The notes: a model not told the origin generated them from the letters alone. Counted from the stretch's first letter, positions 27,685 through 37,765 are shown. The stretch: 41,142 nucleotides of DNA from Polyangiaceae bacterium (GCA_035063585.1 JAPSGB010000039.1:1-41142), one strand, 5' to 3'. Program-made: numbers and translations.

Positions 27685-28590
27685 ATGAGCCTCGTCCGCA
27701 AGATGGACTGGGGCAAGCTCGCCCCGCTCCGCTTGCGCGCGGAGGGCATCGCCGATGGAATCTACGCAGGTGGGCATCGGAGCGCGCGGCGCGGCGCCGG
27801 CGTGGAGTTCGGAGGTTACCGGAGCTACTCGCCCGGCGACGATCTCCGCTTCCTCGACCGGCGCGCGCTCATGCGCCACGGTAGGCTCCTCACCCGCGAA
27901 TTCGAGACCGAGACGGACCGGGCGCTCCGGCTGCTCATCGATGCCAGCGCCTCGATGGGCTATAAGAGCGAGCGAGCGCCCGGAGCAAAGCTCGCGTACG
28001 GCGCGCTCCTCTCGGCCGCGCTCGCGCGAGTCGCGCTGTCCACCGGCGATCCGGTGGCGCTCGACTGGTTGGGCGGCGCGGAGCGCAGGCCGCTCCCCGC
28101 CATGAGCGGTCGCGAGGCGTTCGAGCGCGTGCTGGGCGCGCTCGAACAGGTCGAGCCGGGAGGCGACTTGAGCCTCGACGAGGCGGCCATCGACCGCGCC
28201 GTGGCGCCCATCGCGCGCTATGCGCGGCGCGGAGCGGTCATCGTGTTCTTGAGCGATCTGCTCGACTTGCCGGACGGGACGCTCGAGCGCTTGGCCGCGC
28301 TCGCGACCCGCGGCCGCACCCTCATCGTGACCCGTGTGCTCGACCCGGTGGAGGCGGATTTCCCCTTCGACGGCCCCCTACGCCTGCGCGCCTCGGAGGG
28401 CTCCTCGCGCATCGAGACGGACGGGCGGCTCGCTCGCGCCGGCTACCTCGAAGCGCTCGAGGCGCTCGCGCGCCGCTGGGAGGACCGACTCGTGCCGCGA
28501 GGTGGGCGCCTGGTCCGCTGCACCACCGCCGATGATCCGGTGAAGGTGGTGCAGGCCATCCTCGCGGTGCCGACGGGGGCGGCCTCGTGA
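27685..28590 (+). CDS. DUF58 domain protein (vWA-like, MoxR-associated family)
   Basis: GGHRS...GAGVEFGGYRSYSPGDDLRFLD, REFETE, IDASASM and FLSD motifs. Confidence 0.92.
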   Translation: MSLVRKMDWGKLAPLRLRAEGIADGIYAGGHRSARRGAGVEFGGYRSYSPGDDLRFLDRRALMRHGRLLTREFETETDRALRLLIDASASMGYKSERAPGAKLAYGALLSAALARVALSTGDPVALDWLGGAERRPLPAMSGREAFERVLGALEQVEPGGDLSLDEAAIDRAVAPIARYARRGAVIVFLSDLLDLPDGTLERLAALATRGRTLIVTRVLDPVEADFPFDGPLRLRASEGSSRIETDGRLARAGYLEALEALARRWEDRLVPRGGRLVRCTTADDPVKVVQAILAVPTGAAS

Positions 28591-30608
28591 GCTTCCTGGT
28601 CGCGGCCGCGCTGGCGATCGGGCTCCTCATAGCGGCGCCGGTGGCCGCGCACTTGCTTCGGCGCGGCCGCTCGGAGGAGCGAGAGTTTCCGCCGACCCGG
28701 CTGGTTCCCGTGGCGCCACCGATCGCGCGTCAGCGGAGCCGCCTCGAGGATCGCGCGCTGCTCGCGATCCGCGGCGCCATCATCGCCGCGCTCGCGCTCA
28801 TCGGCGCGACGCCGTTCGTAAGCTGCTCGCGGCTCAGCCTTTCCCGCCGAGCGGGCGCGTCCCTCGCGCTCACGTTGGTGCTCGACGACTCGCTCAGCAT
28901 GCGCGCGTCGCTCGGCGGCGCGACGCGCTTCGAGCGCGCGCGGAGCGGCGCGCGGCAGTTGCTCGACTCGGCTCGCGAGGGGGACGCGGTCGCCATCGTA
29001 CTGGCGGGACGGCCGGCGCGGCTCGCGTTGGCGGCGACCACCGATCTCGGCGCAGCGCGCCGAGCGCTCGACGAGCTCTCCCCGAGCGACCGCGCGACCG
29101 ATCTCGCAGCGGCGGTGCAGATGGCCCGCTCGGCCGTCAAGCAGCTCCCTCAGCTCGACAAACGCGTGGTGGTCCTGAGCGACCTCGCAGGCGACGCGCT
29201 CCCCGCGGGCGAGCCTGCCGCGGAGGTGCCGCTCGTAGAGCTCGCGTCCACCATGGAAGACTGCGGAGTCGTCAGCGCTCGTCAGCGCGCGCGGAGCGTC
29301 GAGGTGACCGTGGCGTGCTCCACGGTCGCGGCCGCCGAGGGGCGCGCGCTCGAGGTCCGAACGACCGAAGACTCGCGCGCCCCGAAGCGGCCAGGCACGG
29401 CTGAGGCTCCCGAGGGCGCGCGGCCTCCTCGGGGCGTGGTGGGGCGCGCGAAGCTCGCTCCGCGCGCAGGGACACAGACCCTGCGCGTCGAGCTCCCCGA
29501 GGCGTGGACGCGGCTCGACGCTCGACTCGACGGGAGCGATGCGCTCGCCCACGACGACGTGGCGCCGGTCGCACCCGACGAGGTCGCGCTCGGTATCGGC
29601 GTCGTCTCCGACCGTGCCACGAGCGGCGTCAAGACCGGGGGACCCACGGTGCTCGAGCAGGCGCTCGCGGCGCTCGGAGGCCGCCTGCCGGTCCAGCCGG
29701 TGGCGGTGCTCCCCGATGATGCGGCGCGGCTGGCGCGAGACGCGGTGCTCATCATCGACGACCCCGCCGGGCTCTCGCCCGAGGCGCGCGCTGCGCTCGG
29801 CACCTGGCTCGTCCGCGGTGGCGTCGCGCTCGGCCTGCTCGGTCCGCGGGCGGAGGACGCGCAGCTCGGCTCGACGCTCGAGCCGTTCGTCCGGAGCGCC
29901 GCGCGATGGGAGAAGGCCTCGGTCACCGGTCTCGACCCCGCGAGCGTGACCTGGCTCGGCGGCGAGGCCGCGAGCCTCGCAGATCTCGCCCCGAGGGGTC
30001 GGGCGCACCTCGACGGAGAGGCGCTCGACGGCGCGCGGATCGCGGCGCGCTGGAGCGATGGGCACGCCTTCATGCTCGAGCGCTCCGAAGGGCGCGGGCT
30101 CGTCATCACCGTCGGGCTGCCCTCGTCGATCGATCTCAGTGACCTCGCGCTTCGGCCCGGCTTCCTCGCGTTGCTCGACTACGTCATCGCGCTGGGCGAG
30201 GAGCGCGCGGGGCCACGCGAGAGCGTGGTGGGCGCGACCTGGTCGTTCGCGTCGCAGGCTCACCTCGAGATCGTCGGTCCGAGCGGCCCACTCGAGCTCG
30301 GCGAAGGTCCAGACGGGCGCGCGAGCGCCGTCCCGGCGCTCCTCGGCCGCTACCGCGTGAGCCTCGACGGCGAGGACCAACTCCGCATCGTCACCATCGA
30401 AGCCAGCGAGATCATCGCTCGGCCGACCCCGGCAGAGGTGAACGCCGCGCGCGCCTCATCCGCCGAGCGCTCGGCGAAGGTCGATGCCTCCCCTGGCTTG
30501 GCCCTGCTGCTGATGGGGCTCTTCGCGCTCGAGCTCGCGGCGCGGGCCCTCGGGGCGCGCCGCCGAAGCCCGCCGAGAGACCGGCGGCAGCCCGCGCGGG
30601 CGGCGTGA
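28587..30608 (+). CDS. BatA N-terminal + vWA domain membrane protein
   Basis: PVAAHLL...FP BatA motif, MIDAS DDSLSM, TDL and VVLSD; C-terminal TM; GTGA overlap with DUF58. Confidence 0.85.
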   Translation: MSFLVAAALAIGLLIAAPVAAHLLRRGRSEEREFPPTRLVPVAPPIARQRSRLEDRALLAIRGAIIAALALIGATPFVSCSRLSLSRRAGASLALTLVLDDSLSMRASLGGATRFERARSGARQLLDSAREGDAVAIVLAGRPARLALAATTDLGAARRALDELSPSDRATDLAAAVQMARSAVKQLPQLDKRVVVLSDLAGDALPAGEPAAEVPLVELASTMEDCGVVSARQRARSVEVTVACSTVAAAEGRALEVRTTEDSRAPKRPGTAEAPEGARPPRGVVGRAKLAPRAGTQTLRVELPEAWTRLDARLDGSDALAHDDVAPVAPDEVALGIGVVSDRATSGVKTGGPTVLEQALAALGGRLPVQPVAVLPDDAARLARDAVLIIDDPAGLSPEARAALGTWLVRGGVALGLLGPRAEDAQLGSTLEPFVRSAARWEKASVTGLDPASVTWLGGEAASLADLAPRGRAHLDGEALDGARIAARWSDGHAFMLERSEGRGLVITVGLPSSIDLSDLALRPGFLALLDYVIALGEERAGPRESVVGATWSFASQAHLEIVGPSGPLELGEGPDGRASAVPALLGRYRVSLDGEDQLRIVTIEASEIIARPTPAEVNAARASSAERSAKVDASPGLALLLMGLFALELAARALGARRRSPPRDRRQPARAA

Positions 30609-30640
30609 TCCACGAGGAGAGGCGTGATAGTTCGAGCGCC

Positions 30641-31180
30641 ATGCGCTTGCTGCCCGCGTTCGTCGCCGCGCTGATGGCCGCCGCCTGCCACTCCCCTGGC
30701 GCCTACGGTCACGCGCGCGTCTACACACCCCTCGACGAAGAGGCCGCCGCCGCCGAGAACGCGCGAGCGTACGATCCGGCGCTGGCCGCCCGCATGCCTG
30801 ACGAGTGGAAGCGCGCGCCGGTGAGCGTGTTCGGGGTGGTGAAGGCCCGGCTCGATGGCGCGAGCGGCGCGGCGTCGCTGAGCCTCGGTGTACGGAAGCT
30901 CGAGGCACGCAATCTGTGTGACACCGAGGACGAGGACACCTGTCGCGTCACGGTCAGCGAGCACGACTTCGCATCGCTCCACGCCGAGGTGCGACTCCGC
31001 GAGGAGGACGAGCTCGGCAGCGCCAGCGTGGGGCCGGGTTCGCTGGTGCGAGTCATCGGGGTCATCGCCGATGACGTGGATCCGAACGACGGGGCCCCGG
31101 TCATCCGCGCTCGCTATTATCGGCACTGGCCGCGTGGCCACTACCTGACGACCGCCGCGCCGGGGCGGTTCCGGCGCTGA
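30641..31180 (+). CDS. lipoprotein, probable OB-fold
   Basis: MAAAC lipobox; VSVFGVV...GSLVRVIG...PVIRARYYRHW beta-strand pattern. Confidence 0.75.
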   Translation: MRLLPAFVAALMAAACHSPGAYGHARVYTPLDEEAAAAENARAYDPALAARMPDEWKRAPVSVFGVVKARLDGASGAASLSLGVRKLEARNLCDTEDEDTCRVTVSEHDFASLHAEVRLREEDELGSASVGPGSLVRVIGVIADDVDPNDGAPVIRARYYRHWPRGHYLTTAAPGRFRR

Positions 31181-31250
31181 GCGCCTGCGCCCACGGGCGA
31201 GCGCGCCGCCCCGGAGCGCTCGCCCCGCGGATGTGGTAGACAGCGGCCCC

Positions 31251-32255
31251 ATGAGCGCCGCTACCCGCCCCCGCCGAAGGCGGAGCGCCCGCCTCGCGGC
31301 GGGGCTGCTCGCCGCAGGCGCGCTCACCGCGCTCGCGCCCGCCTCGCGCGCCACGATCGTCGAGCGCGTGGTGGCGGTGATTGGCGAGCGAGCCATCCTC
31401 TTGTCGGATCTGCAGCTCCGCGCACGCCCCTTCCTGGCGCGCGTGGCGGCAGAGGTGCCGCCCGGAGCGCAGCGCGCCGCGGCCATCTCGCAGCTCCACA
31501 AGATGCTCCTCGAGCGGATGGTGGACGAAGAGCTCGAGCAGCGCGCCGCCAACCGCGCGCATATCGTGGTGACCGCGCAGGAGATCGACGACGCCATCGC
31601 GCGGGTGGCTGCCCAGAACAAGCTGTCGGTGGAGCAGGTCATCGCGGAGGCGGTCCGGAGCGGTCTCACCGAGCGCGATTATCGAAACGAGATCCGACGA
31701 CAGCTCATCGAGGCGCGACTCCTCAACCTGCGGCTCCAAGGCCGAATTCACGTGACCGATCAGGACCTTCAGCAAGCCTATCGGCGCATCGTGGTCGAGG
31801 AGCGGCAGAAGCTCGCCTTCCAGCCTGCGTGGATCGTGATCGACGCGCCGCGGGGCGACAGCCACCAGTCCGTCGCGGCGGCTCGCGAGGCGGACGGAGT
31901 CGCCGAGCGGGCGCGACGAGGCGAGAACTTCGCCGAGCTGGCCCGACACTTCTCGGACGACGAGACCACCCGTGACCGCGGCGGCTTGCTCGACCGCACC
32001 CAGCCCGGGCGGCTGCCAGCGGCGCTCGATCGCGTGGCGCTCGGGATGGACTCCGGTGAGGTGTCGGCTCCGATCCGGATAGGTGATCGGCTCGTCATCA
32101 TCAAGATCGTCGAGCGGGACGAGTCCCAGCTCCCCGACTACGAGGAGGCGCGCTCGGAGCTCGGCGAGCGCGTCTACCTCGAGAAGATGAACCGCGCGCG
32201 ACGCCAGTGGCTCGACGGGCTACGCCAGCAGACGCACATCGAGATCCGGCTCTGA
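31251..32255 (+). CDS. surA: SurA-family periplasmic chaperone/parvulin PPIase
   Basis: Signal peptide, IVERVVAVIGERAILLSD, FAELARHFSDD...RGGLL, GEVSAPI and WLDGLRQQTHIEIRL. Confidence 0.85.
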   Translation: MSAATRPRRRRSARLAAGLLAAGALTALAPASRATIVERVVAVIGERAILLSDLQLRARPFLARVAAEVPPGAQRAAAISQLHKMLLERMVDEELEQRAANRAHIVVTAQEIDDAIARVAAQNKLSVEQVIAEAVRSGLTERDYRNEIRRQLIEARLLNLRLQGRIHVTDQDLQQAYRRIVVEERQKLAFQPAWIVIDAPRGDSHQSVAAAREADGVAERARRGENFAELARHFSDDETTRDRGGLLDRTQPGRLPAALDRVALGMDSGEVSAPIRIGDRLVIIKIVERDESQLPDYEEARSELGERVYLEKMNRARRQWLDGLRQQTHIEIRL

Positions 32256-32277
32256 GCGAAGCTCTCGCGCGGGCGGC

Positions 32278-34878
32278 TCACTCGAGCGCGCAGAGCGCGT
32301 CGTACACCTTGCTCCGAGGCAGGCCCTTGGCGAGCGCGCGACGCGCGATGACGAGCTCTTCGCCGATCATGGCCTCGAAGGCGCGAGCCGGCTGCGCGCC
32401 CGAGAGCGGTCGCCCATTGATGAAGAACATCGGCGTGCCAGTGACCCCCAGCTGATCGCCGAGGGCGAGATCGGCGTCGATGGCGCGCGCGTGCTTGTCG
32501 CGGTGCGCGGCGTCGAGGAGCGCTCCCTCGTCGAGCCCGGCGCTCCGGGCGATGATGCTGAGGTTCGGCTCGTCGAGCGCGGGCGCGCCGAAGAGGAGCT
32601 GCCCGACTCGAAAGAACGCGGGGGCGCCGCCGCGCGCGTACGCCTCGCGCGCAAAGCTCGCCGCCGCGCGCGCGCGCGAGTGGCTCGCGAGCGGGTAGTC
32701 CCGCCACACGAGCCGGACCTCGCTCGCGTGCCCGGCGAGCACCGAGTCGAGGGTGGGCTGGACCCGCTTGCAGAACGGGCACTCGAAGTCGGAGAACTCG
32801 ACGATGGTGACGAGCGCGTCGTCCGGGCCCCGCGCAGGAGCGCCGGCGACCGGCGGACAAAGCCGCGCGGGCGCCTCTTCGCTCTGATCGGTCAGGTTCT
32901 TGAGCGTGCGGGTCGCGTAGAGCGCGGAGCGCGCGACCCCCTGTGCGAGCGCTCCGCGCGCCTGCCCGAGCTCGCGCCGGATCACGCCAGCGAGCGAGTC
33001 TATCGTCTGATAGCCGTCGACCCGGATCCCGTTCACGATGAAGGTGGGGGTTGCCCGCACGTCGAAGCGCGCGGCGAGCTCGAGATCGGCGTCGACCGCG
33101 CGGGCCGCCCGCGCGTCCCGGAGCCAGCTCGAGACCCGGCCCCCGTCCTTGCTCACCGCCTCGAGCCACGCGGTGAGGTTCGACTCGGTCGACTCGCCGC
33201 TCTCGCTCGCCATGCGCGCGACGAGCGCCCAGAACGCCGCGTCCCCGCGGGCCTCGTGGAGCGCCGCTGCGACCTCGGCGGCAGCGCGCGCGTGGCGATG
33301 CTGCGGGATCGGGCGACTATGCCAGGCGAGCCGCAGGTCGTCACCGAAGGCCGCCTTGAGCCGACGCAGCACGCCGACGGACCGTCGGGTGTGAGGGCAG
33401 TCGAGATCACCGAACACGACCAGCGTCACCAGCGCGTCCGGCGAGCCCCACACGGGGGTGTCGCGATCGACGGGGATCGCAGCGGTCGGATCCCCGGTCG
33501 CGAGCGTGACGCTCTCGCGCGGCAAGGGTGCGAGCGCGCCAGCGTCGGCGTCGTCGGCGGCGAGAGGTTCCTTCGCGCCAGCGTCGGCGGACTCACCGCC
33601 GTCGGCGGAGAACGGCGCCAGGATCGGGCCGGGGACCAGGGTAGGACTGGGCGGCGCGGCCGGCGGCGCGGCGTGGCGCATCGAGATGGTCATCGCGACC
33701 CCGGCGCCCGTCGCGCCGATCATCAGCAGCAAGCCGGCCACCAGCGCGAGCACGATTGGCCACGCCGAGCGCTCGGCCGCGCGGGGCGCGGGCGGCGCGG
33801 GCGCGATGCCCGACGGCGCGGGCGCGATGCCGGCCGCGCCGGCGGAGGCCGCATCGGCCCCCGCGGGGGCGTGCGGCGAGGTCTCCGGAGTCGCCTCGGC
33901 CTCCGTCGACGCACGCGGCGGCGACGCCGATCCGCTCGGCTCATTTCCCGATGGAACGCCAGTCGATTCCGCGATGGGCTCCGGCGTCGCGAGCGCGGCC
34001 GGAAGCGACGCCGGCCGCGCCGCCCCGACCTCATCGGCCCGAGGCCGAGGCGCACCCGGGGCGAGGACGGCGCGCTCGAGCTCGGCGGACCAGGCTCGGA
34101 GGTCGCGCGGGCGCGAGCCGACCGCGAGCGAGAGCGCGCGCGAGAGGAGCTCCGTCGCTCCTTTCGGGAGCGAGAGACCGAGCGCGTCGGGGGTCGGCAC
34201 GTCGAGGTGCTCGGGCACGCGACGACCGGCGAGGAGCTCGAGCGCGAGCACGCCGAGCGCCCACGCGTCGCTCCACGTCTCCGCGCGCGCGGGCGTCGCG
34301 CCGCGGAGCTCGGGAGCGCGGTACGCGATCGGCAGCGCGTCGCGCGCGACGCGCGGAGCGCCGAACGCGAGCGCGAGCTGGGCGACTCCGAAGCCTGCGA
34401 CGCGCACCCGCTCGCCGTCGAGGTTCACGAGCTCGGGGCGCAGGTGACCGTGCGCGACGCCCTGATCGTGGAGCGCGGCGAGCGCGAGAGCGACCGCCTT
34501 CACGACGCGCGCGGCGCGGGCCGGGTCGGTCGGGCCCGCATCGACGAGCGCCTCGGCGGTGGACGCCCCGCGCGGATAGGCGACGACGAGCGCGCGGGGC
34601 CCCGCGCCGCTCGGCGGCGGGTCGTCGCCGTCCGCGTCGCCAAGCCAGCCGCTCGCGATGGGCTGCAAGATCGCCTCGATCCCGAGCGCGTAGCGCGTAG
34701 CGCGGAGTAGGGTCGGCCCCGGAGCGTCGCCCCACCGCGCGCCCTCCACCACGACCAGCGTGACGGCGAGCTCCGCAGCGGGGTCGAGCGCGTCGAGCAC
34801 GCGGGCGCCGCCCGCGCGCGAGCGGACGCCCTCGACCCGGAAGCGCCCGAGGAGCACGGTCGGCAGCGCAGTCGTCAC
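32278..34878 (-). CDS. pseudokinase - Pro-rich linker - TM - tandem DsbA/thioredoxin-like domains
   Basis: Kinase fold with degenerate motifs (AHGHLRPEL, AGFG, YRAPE, SDAWALG); one TM helix; DsbA-like domains FGDLDCPHT...ATPTF and FSDFECPFC...GTPMF. Confidence 0.85.
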   Translation of the reverse strand: MTTALPTVLLGRFRVEGVRSRAGGARVLDALDPAAELAVTLVVVEGARWGDAPGPTLLRATRYALGIEAILQPIASGWLGDADGDDPPPSGAGPRALVVAYPRGASTAEALVDAGPTDPARAARVVKAVALALAALHDQGVAHGHLRPELVNLDGERVRVAGFGVAQLALAFGAPRVARDALPIAYRAPELRGATPARAETWSDAWALGVLALELLAGRRVPEHLDVPTPDALGLSLPKGATELLSRALSLAVGSRPRDLRAWSAELERAVLAPGAPRPRADEVGAARPASLPAALATPEPIAESTGVPSGNEPSGSASPPRASTEAEATPETSPHAPAGADAASAGAAGIAPAPSGIAPAPPAPRAAERSAWPIVLALVAGLLLMIGATGAGVAMTISMRHAAPPAAPPSPTLVPGPILAPFSADGGESADAGAKEPLAADDADAGALAPLPRESVTLATGDPTAAIPVDRDTPVWGSPDALVTLVVFGDLDCPHTRRSVGVLRRLKAAFGDDLRLAWHSRPIPQHRHARAAAEVAAALHEARGDAAFWALVARMASESGESTESNLTAWLEAVSKDGGRVSSWLRDARAARAVDADLELAARFDVRATPTFIVNGIRVDGYQTIDSLAGVIRRELGQARGALAQGVARSALYATRTLKNLTDQSEEAPARLCPPVAGAPARGPDDALVTIVEFSDFECPFCKRVQPTLDSVLAGHASEVRLVWRDYPLASHSRARAAASFAREAYARGGAPAFFRVGQLLFGAPALDEPNLSIIARSAGLDEGALLDAAHRDKHARAIDADLALGDQLGVTGTPMFFINGRPLSGAQPARAFEAMIGEELVIARRALAKGLPRSKVYDALCALE

Positions 34879-34995
34879 CCGGGGACGGTAGCAGTCGATT
34901 GACAGTTTGGCAGCCTGGTTGGCCCCGCCGACAGCTTGGCGCAGAGCGAGGCGCAGCGCCGGATGGAAGGCGCGCTCGTCATGGGGTTTGCACCG

Positions 34996-35011
34996 TGGCA
35001 CGCTGTATGCT
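34996..35011 (+). promoter_or_regulatory. sigma54 (-24/-12) promoter
   Basis: TGGCACGCTGTATGCT has GG-N10-GC spacing and ends 16 nt before the ATG at 35028. Confidence 0.75.
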
Positions 35012-35027
35012 CAAAAGGACGCGGCCG

Positions 35028-36218
35028 ATGGCTCTCTCCCCCCGACTCCGCCTGCCGCGCCTGCTGTCCGCCGCTACGCTCGGCTGCGCGCTCTTCGCTG
35101 CGGCCGCGGTCGCCGAGGCCGCCATCACCGTGAGCACGGTGGTCACGCGCAACATCCCCAGCCGCACGAGCGCCTATAACCCGCTCTGGATCAACTACAG
35201 CGACTGCCAGCAGGACGCGCAAATAAACTTCACGCTGACCATGAGCGAGGAGTGGAAGTCGACGACCCTCGAGGTCTGGGCGTCGACGGGGGTCGACTGC
35301 ACCGACGTCGCGCAGCGCACGGGCGCCTCGCCCGGTTGTTGGAACGTGTTCAAGGAGGCGCCCACCACCGGTACCTCCTATCCCGTGAAGCTCCTCGCCC
35401 AAGATCTGATCGGACAGCACAAGAACACCGAGGCGAACCACGGCCCTGGCACCGGCACCATCGCCGACTGCGACGCCGCGGCGACCTCCGCACCGCAGCA
35501 GCTCTCGCTCTTCTTCATCCTGGTCGACGGCAGCGGGCAGACGGTGAGCTCGTCCGCGCCGTACACCTCGATGAGCTATGATCTCCTCGGCCCCGACGCG
35601 CCCACGGACGTGAGCGTCGGGGTCGGTGACACTCGGCTGGTGCTCGACTGGGAGAACCCGAACTCGCCCGATCTCGCGGGCTTCGAGTTCTACTGCGACC
35701 CGGCTCCGGGTGGCGCGAGCGCGCCTGGCGGAAGCGCCGGAGCGGCTTCCGGAGGGAGCGCCGGAGCGGCTTCCGGAGGGAGCGCTGGTCAGGGCGGCGC
35801 GGCCGGCGGCGCGGGCCGCGCGAGCGGCACGGGCGGCGCGGCGGCGAGCTCGAGCGGGAACCCGAACTGCCCGTCCACGGCGCTCGTCCCGGGCCAGCGC
35901 CCGCCTCGCGCGAACCGATGCGGCTCGGTGAACGGCAAGACGACGACGAGCGGCGCGGCGAGCGGGCTCACCAACGGCGTCGCCTACGCGGTGGCCGTCG
36001 CAGCGACCGACGGCGTCGAGAACGTCGGGCTCCTCTCGCAGGTGGTGTGCGGCACGCCGGCGCCGGTGGACGGCTTCTTCGACGAGTACCGCAAGGCCGG
36101 CGGCCAGGGCGGAGGCGGCTTCTGCGGGGTCGCGCAGGGGAGCACGCCGGGCGCGGCGTGGGCGCTCCTCGCCGCGGCCGGCGCGATGTGCATCCGTCGC
36201 CGGAGGCGCGCAAAGTGA
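35028..36218 (+). CDS. Cys-rich surface protein with a split FN3 domain and MYXO-CTERM-like anchor (MXAN_2561-like)
   Basis: Signal peptide; PDAPTDVSVGVGD..LVLDW and SGLTNGVAYAVAVAATDGVENVG; C-terminus GGGFC + hydrophobic stretch + RRRRR. Confidence 0.8.
   Translation: MALSPRLRLPRLLSAATLGCALFAAAAVAEAAITVSTVVTRNIPSRTSAYNPLWINYSDCQQDAQINFTLTMSEEWKSTTLEVWASTGVDCTDVAQRTGASPGCWNVFKEAPTTGTSYPVKLLAQDLIGQHKNTEANHGPGTGTIADCDAAATSAPQQLSLFFILVDGSGQTVSSSAPYTSMSYDLLGPDAPTDVSVGVGDTRLVLDWENPNSPDLAGFEFYCDPAPGGASAPGGSAGAASGGSAGAASGGSAGQGGAAGGAGRASGTGGAAASSSGNPNCPSTALVPGQRPPRANRCGSVNGKTTTSGAASGLTNGVAYAVAVAATDGVENVGLLSQVVCGTPAPVDGFFDEYRKAGGQGGGGFCGVAQGSTPGAAWALLAAAGAMCIRRRRRAK
35733..35785 (+). repeat. in-frame 24-bp tandem repeat (SAGAASGG x2) in a Gly/Ser linker
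   Basis: AGCGCCGGAGCGGCTTCCGGAGGG occurs twice exactly, plus a partial third copy. Confidence 0.85.
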
Positions 36219-36970
36219 AGCCTCTCTTCGTGGCCGCCGGCGCGGCGGCCTGCTTGGTGACGCTGCCCGCGCTCGCCCAAGGGGTGGATGAGTTCGGCTC
36301 GTACGGTCGAGATCGGGTCGGCGACTACGCCTCGCCGCAGAACTTTGCGATGGAGCTCCGGCTCGGCCCTTACCGGCCTCGCGTCGACGACGAATTCTCC
36401 GGGGGCGCGCCCTTCGAGCAGACGTTCGGCAGCGACCGGCGCTGGCTCATCGGGCTCGAGTTGGACTGGCAAGCGCTCCGCATCCCATACCTCGGCACGC
36501 TCGGACCCGGCGCGGGCTGGGGCTACACGACCATGAGCGCGAACGCGATGCTGCGCGAGGGCGGCGGCCGCTCCTCGGAGGAGACCTCGCTCACCATCAT
36601 GCCGATGTACGCGGTCGGCGTGCTGCGCGTCGACGTGCTCGCGCGCGAGACGCCCATCCCGCTCGTCGCTTACGGCAAGGCCGGGCTCGGCGCCGCCATG
36701 TGGTGGGCGAAGACGGGAGATCGCGCCCACTCGACCGACGGCACGCTCGGGCACGGCACCTCTACCGGCTACCAGTTCGCGCTCGGCGGCATGTTCCTGC
36801 TCGACTCGCTCGACCGAGACGCGTCCATCGAGATGGATAACTCGACCGGGGTAAATAGCTCCTACTTCTTCCTCGAGTGGTACTACTCGGATCTCGACGG
36901 CTTCGGCTCCGGCAAGCAGATGAACGTCGGCGCGAACACCTGGATGCTCGGGCTCGCGCTCGAGATGTGA
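36215..36970 (+). CDS. outer-membrane beta-barrel protein (MXAN_2562-like)
   Basis: Signal peptide, SPQNFAMELRLGPYRP, alternating beta strands and a terminal WMLGLALEM; GTGA overlap with the upstream gene. Confidence 0.8.
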   Translation: MKPLFVAAGAAACLVTLPALAQGVDEFGSYGRDRVGDYASPQNFAMELRLGPYRPRVDDEFSGGAPFEQTFGSDRRWLIGLELDWQALRIPYLGTLGPGAGWGYTTMSANAMLREGGGRSSEETSLTIMPMYAVGVLRVDVLARETPIPLVAYGKAGLGAAMWWAKTGDRAHSTDGTLGHGTSTGYQFALGGMFLLDSLDRDASIEMDNSTGVNSSYFFLEWYYSDLDGFGSGKQMNVGANTWMLGLALEM

Positions 36971-36988
36971 GCGCGCCCCGCCGCGCGC

Positions 36989-37765
36989 TCACCGCCAGCG
37001 CAGTAGGCGGTCGATGTGCTTCTTTTCCCACTCGAGCGCGCGCTCGTAGTGCCGATACTCACGCTCTCGCCGCTGAAATTCCGGCGTGTGGAGCACGGTG
37101 CGGCCGCCGTCTCGGATCGAAGGCACGAGGTGATGCAAGAGCTCGTGATAGACGACGTACGCGACGAAGTAGCGGGGCACCCAGTCGTTGTCGAGGACGG
37201 GGTGCACGCGGACCAGCCGCTCGCGCGCGCTGTAGCTACCGAGCTTGATCGTCTCGCGCTTGCGGTCGAGCGGCGCGGTGCGGCGGCCCCACGTCACCAG
37301 CACGTCGGTCACGCTGCCCCCGAAGTACTTCTCGTTCACGTCCGAGAGGACCGCCAAGAGATCGTGCGCGCGTCCGCGCGTCCTCAGCGGGCCCAGCACG
37401 GGCTGCGTCGCGCGGATGCGAAAGCTATTGGCGTCGATGTACTCGCCGACCACCTGGGACGACGCGCGATCGTCCTCGGTGACGTAGCGGACCAGCGCCT
37501 CGAGCACGCGCTCCGGCGCGTCGAGAAACATCATGTGGACGCGCACCTGCAGAGTGCCGTGCGCGCGCGTGTGCGAGACCATGTGCCGCCGGTTGTCCGT
37601 CACGGCGAGCTGCACGGGGCCGGAGCACGCCGCGACGAAGCGTCGCTCGAGCGCCTGGCGCGCGCCCTCGTGGATGAAGATCTGCGGACCGATGGCTATC
37701 GAGGCGAAGTGGAGCGGGAGCTGGGTCAGCCGCGGATCGGGGATCCGTACCGCCGCCGACGCCAT
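36989..37765 (-). CDS. SprT/YgjP-like zinc metalloprotein (start may be GTG at 37849)
   Basis: NEKYF, TWG, LGSY, VHPVLD, YVVYHELLH (HExxH) and HTPEFQRRE motifs. Confidence 0.85.
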   Translation of the reverse strand: MASAAVRIPDPRLTQLPLHFASIAIGPQIFIHEGARQALERRFVAACSGPVQLAVTDNRRHMVSHTRAHGTLQVRVHMMFLDAPERVLEALVRYVTEDDRASSQVVGEYIDANSFRIRATQPVLGPLRTRGRAHDLLAVLSDVNEKYFGGSVTDVLVTWGRRTAPLDRKRETIKLGSYSARERLVRVHPVLDNDWVPRYFVAYVVYHELLHHLVPSIRDGGRTVLHTPEFQRREREYRHYERALEWEKKHIDRLLRWR

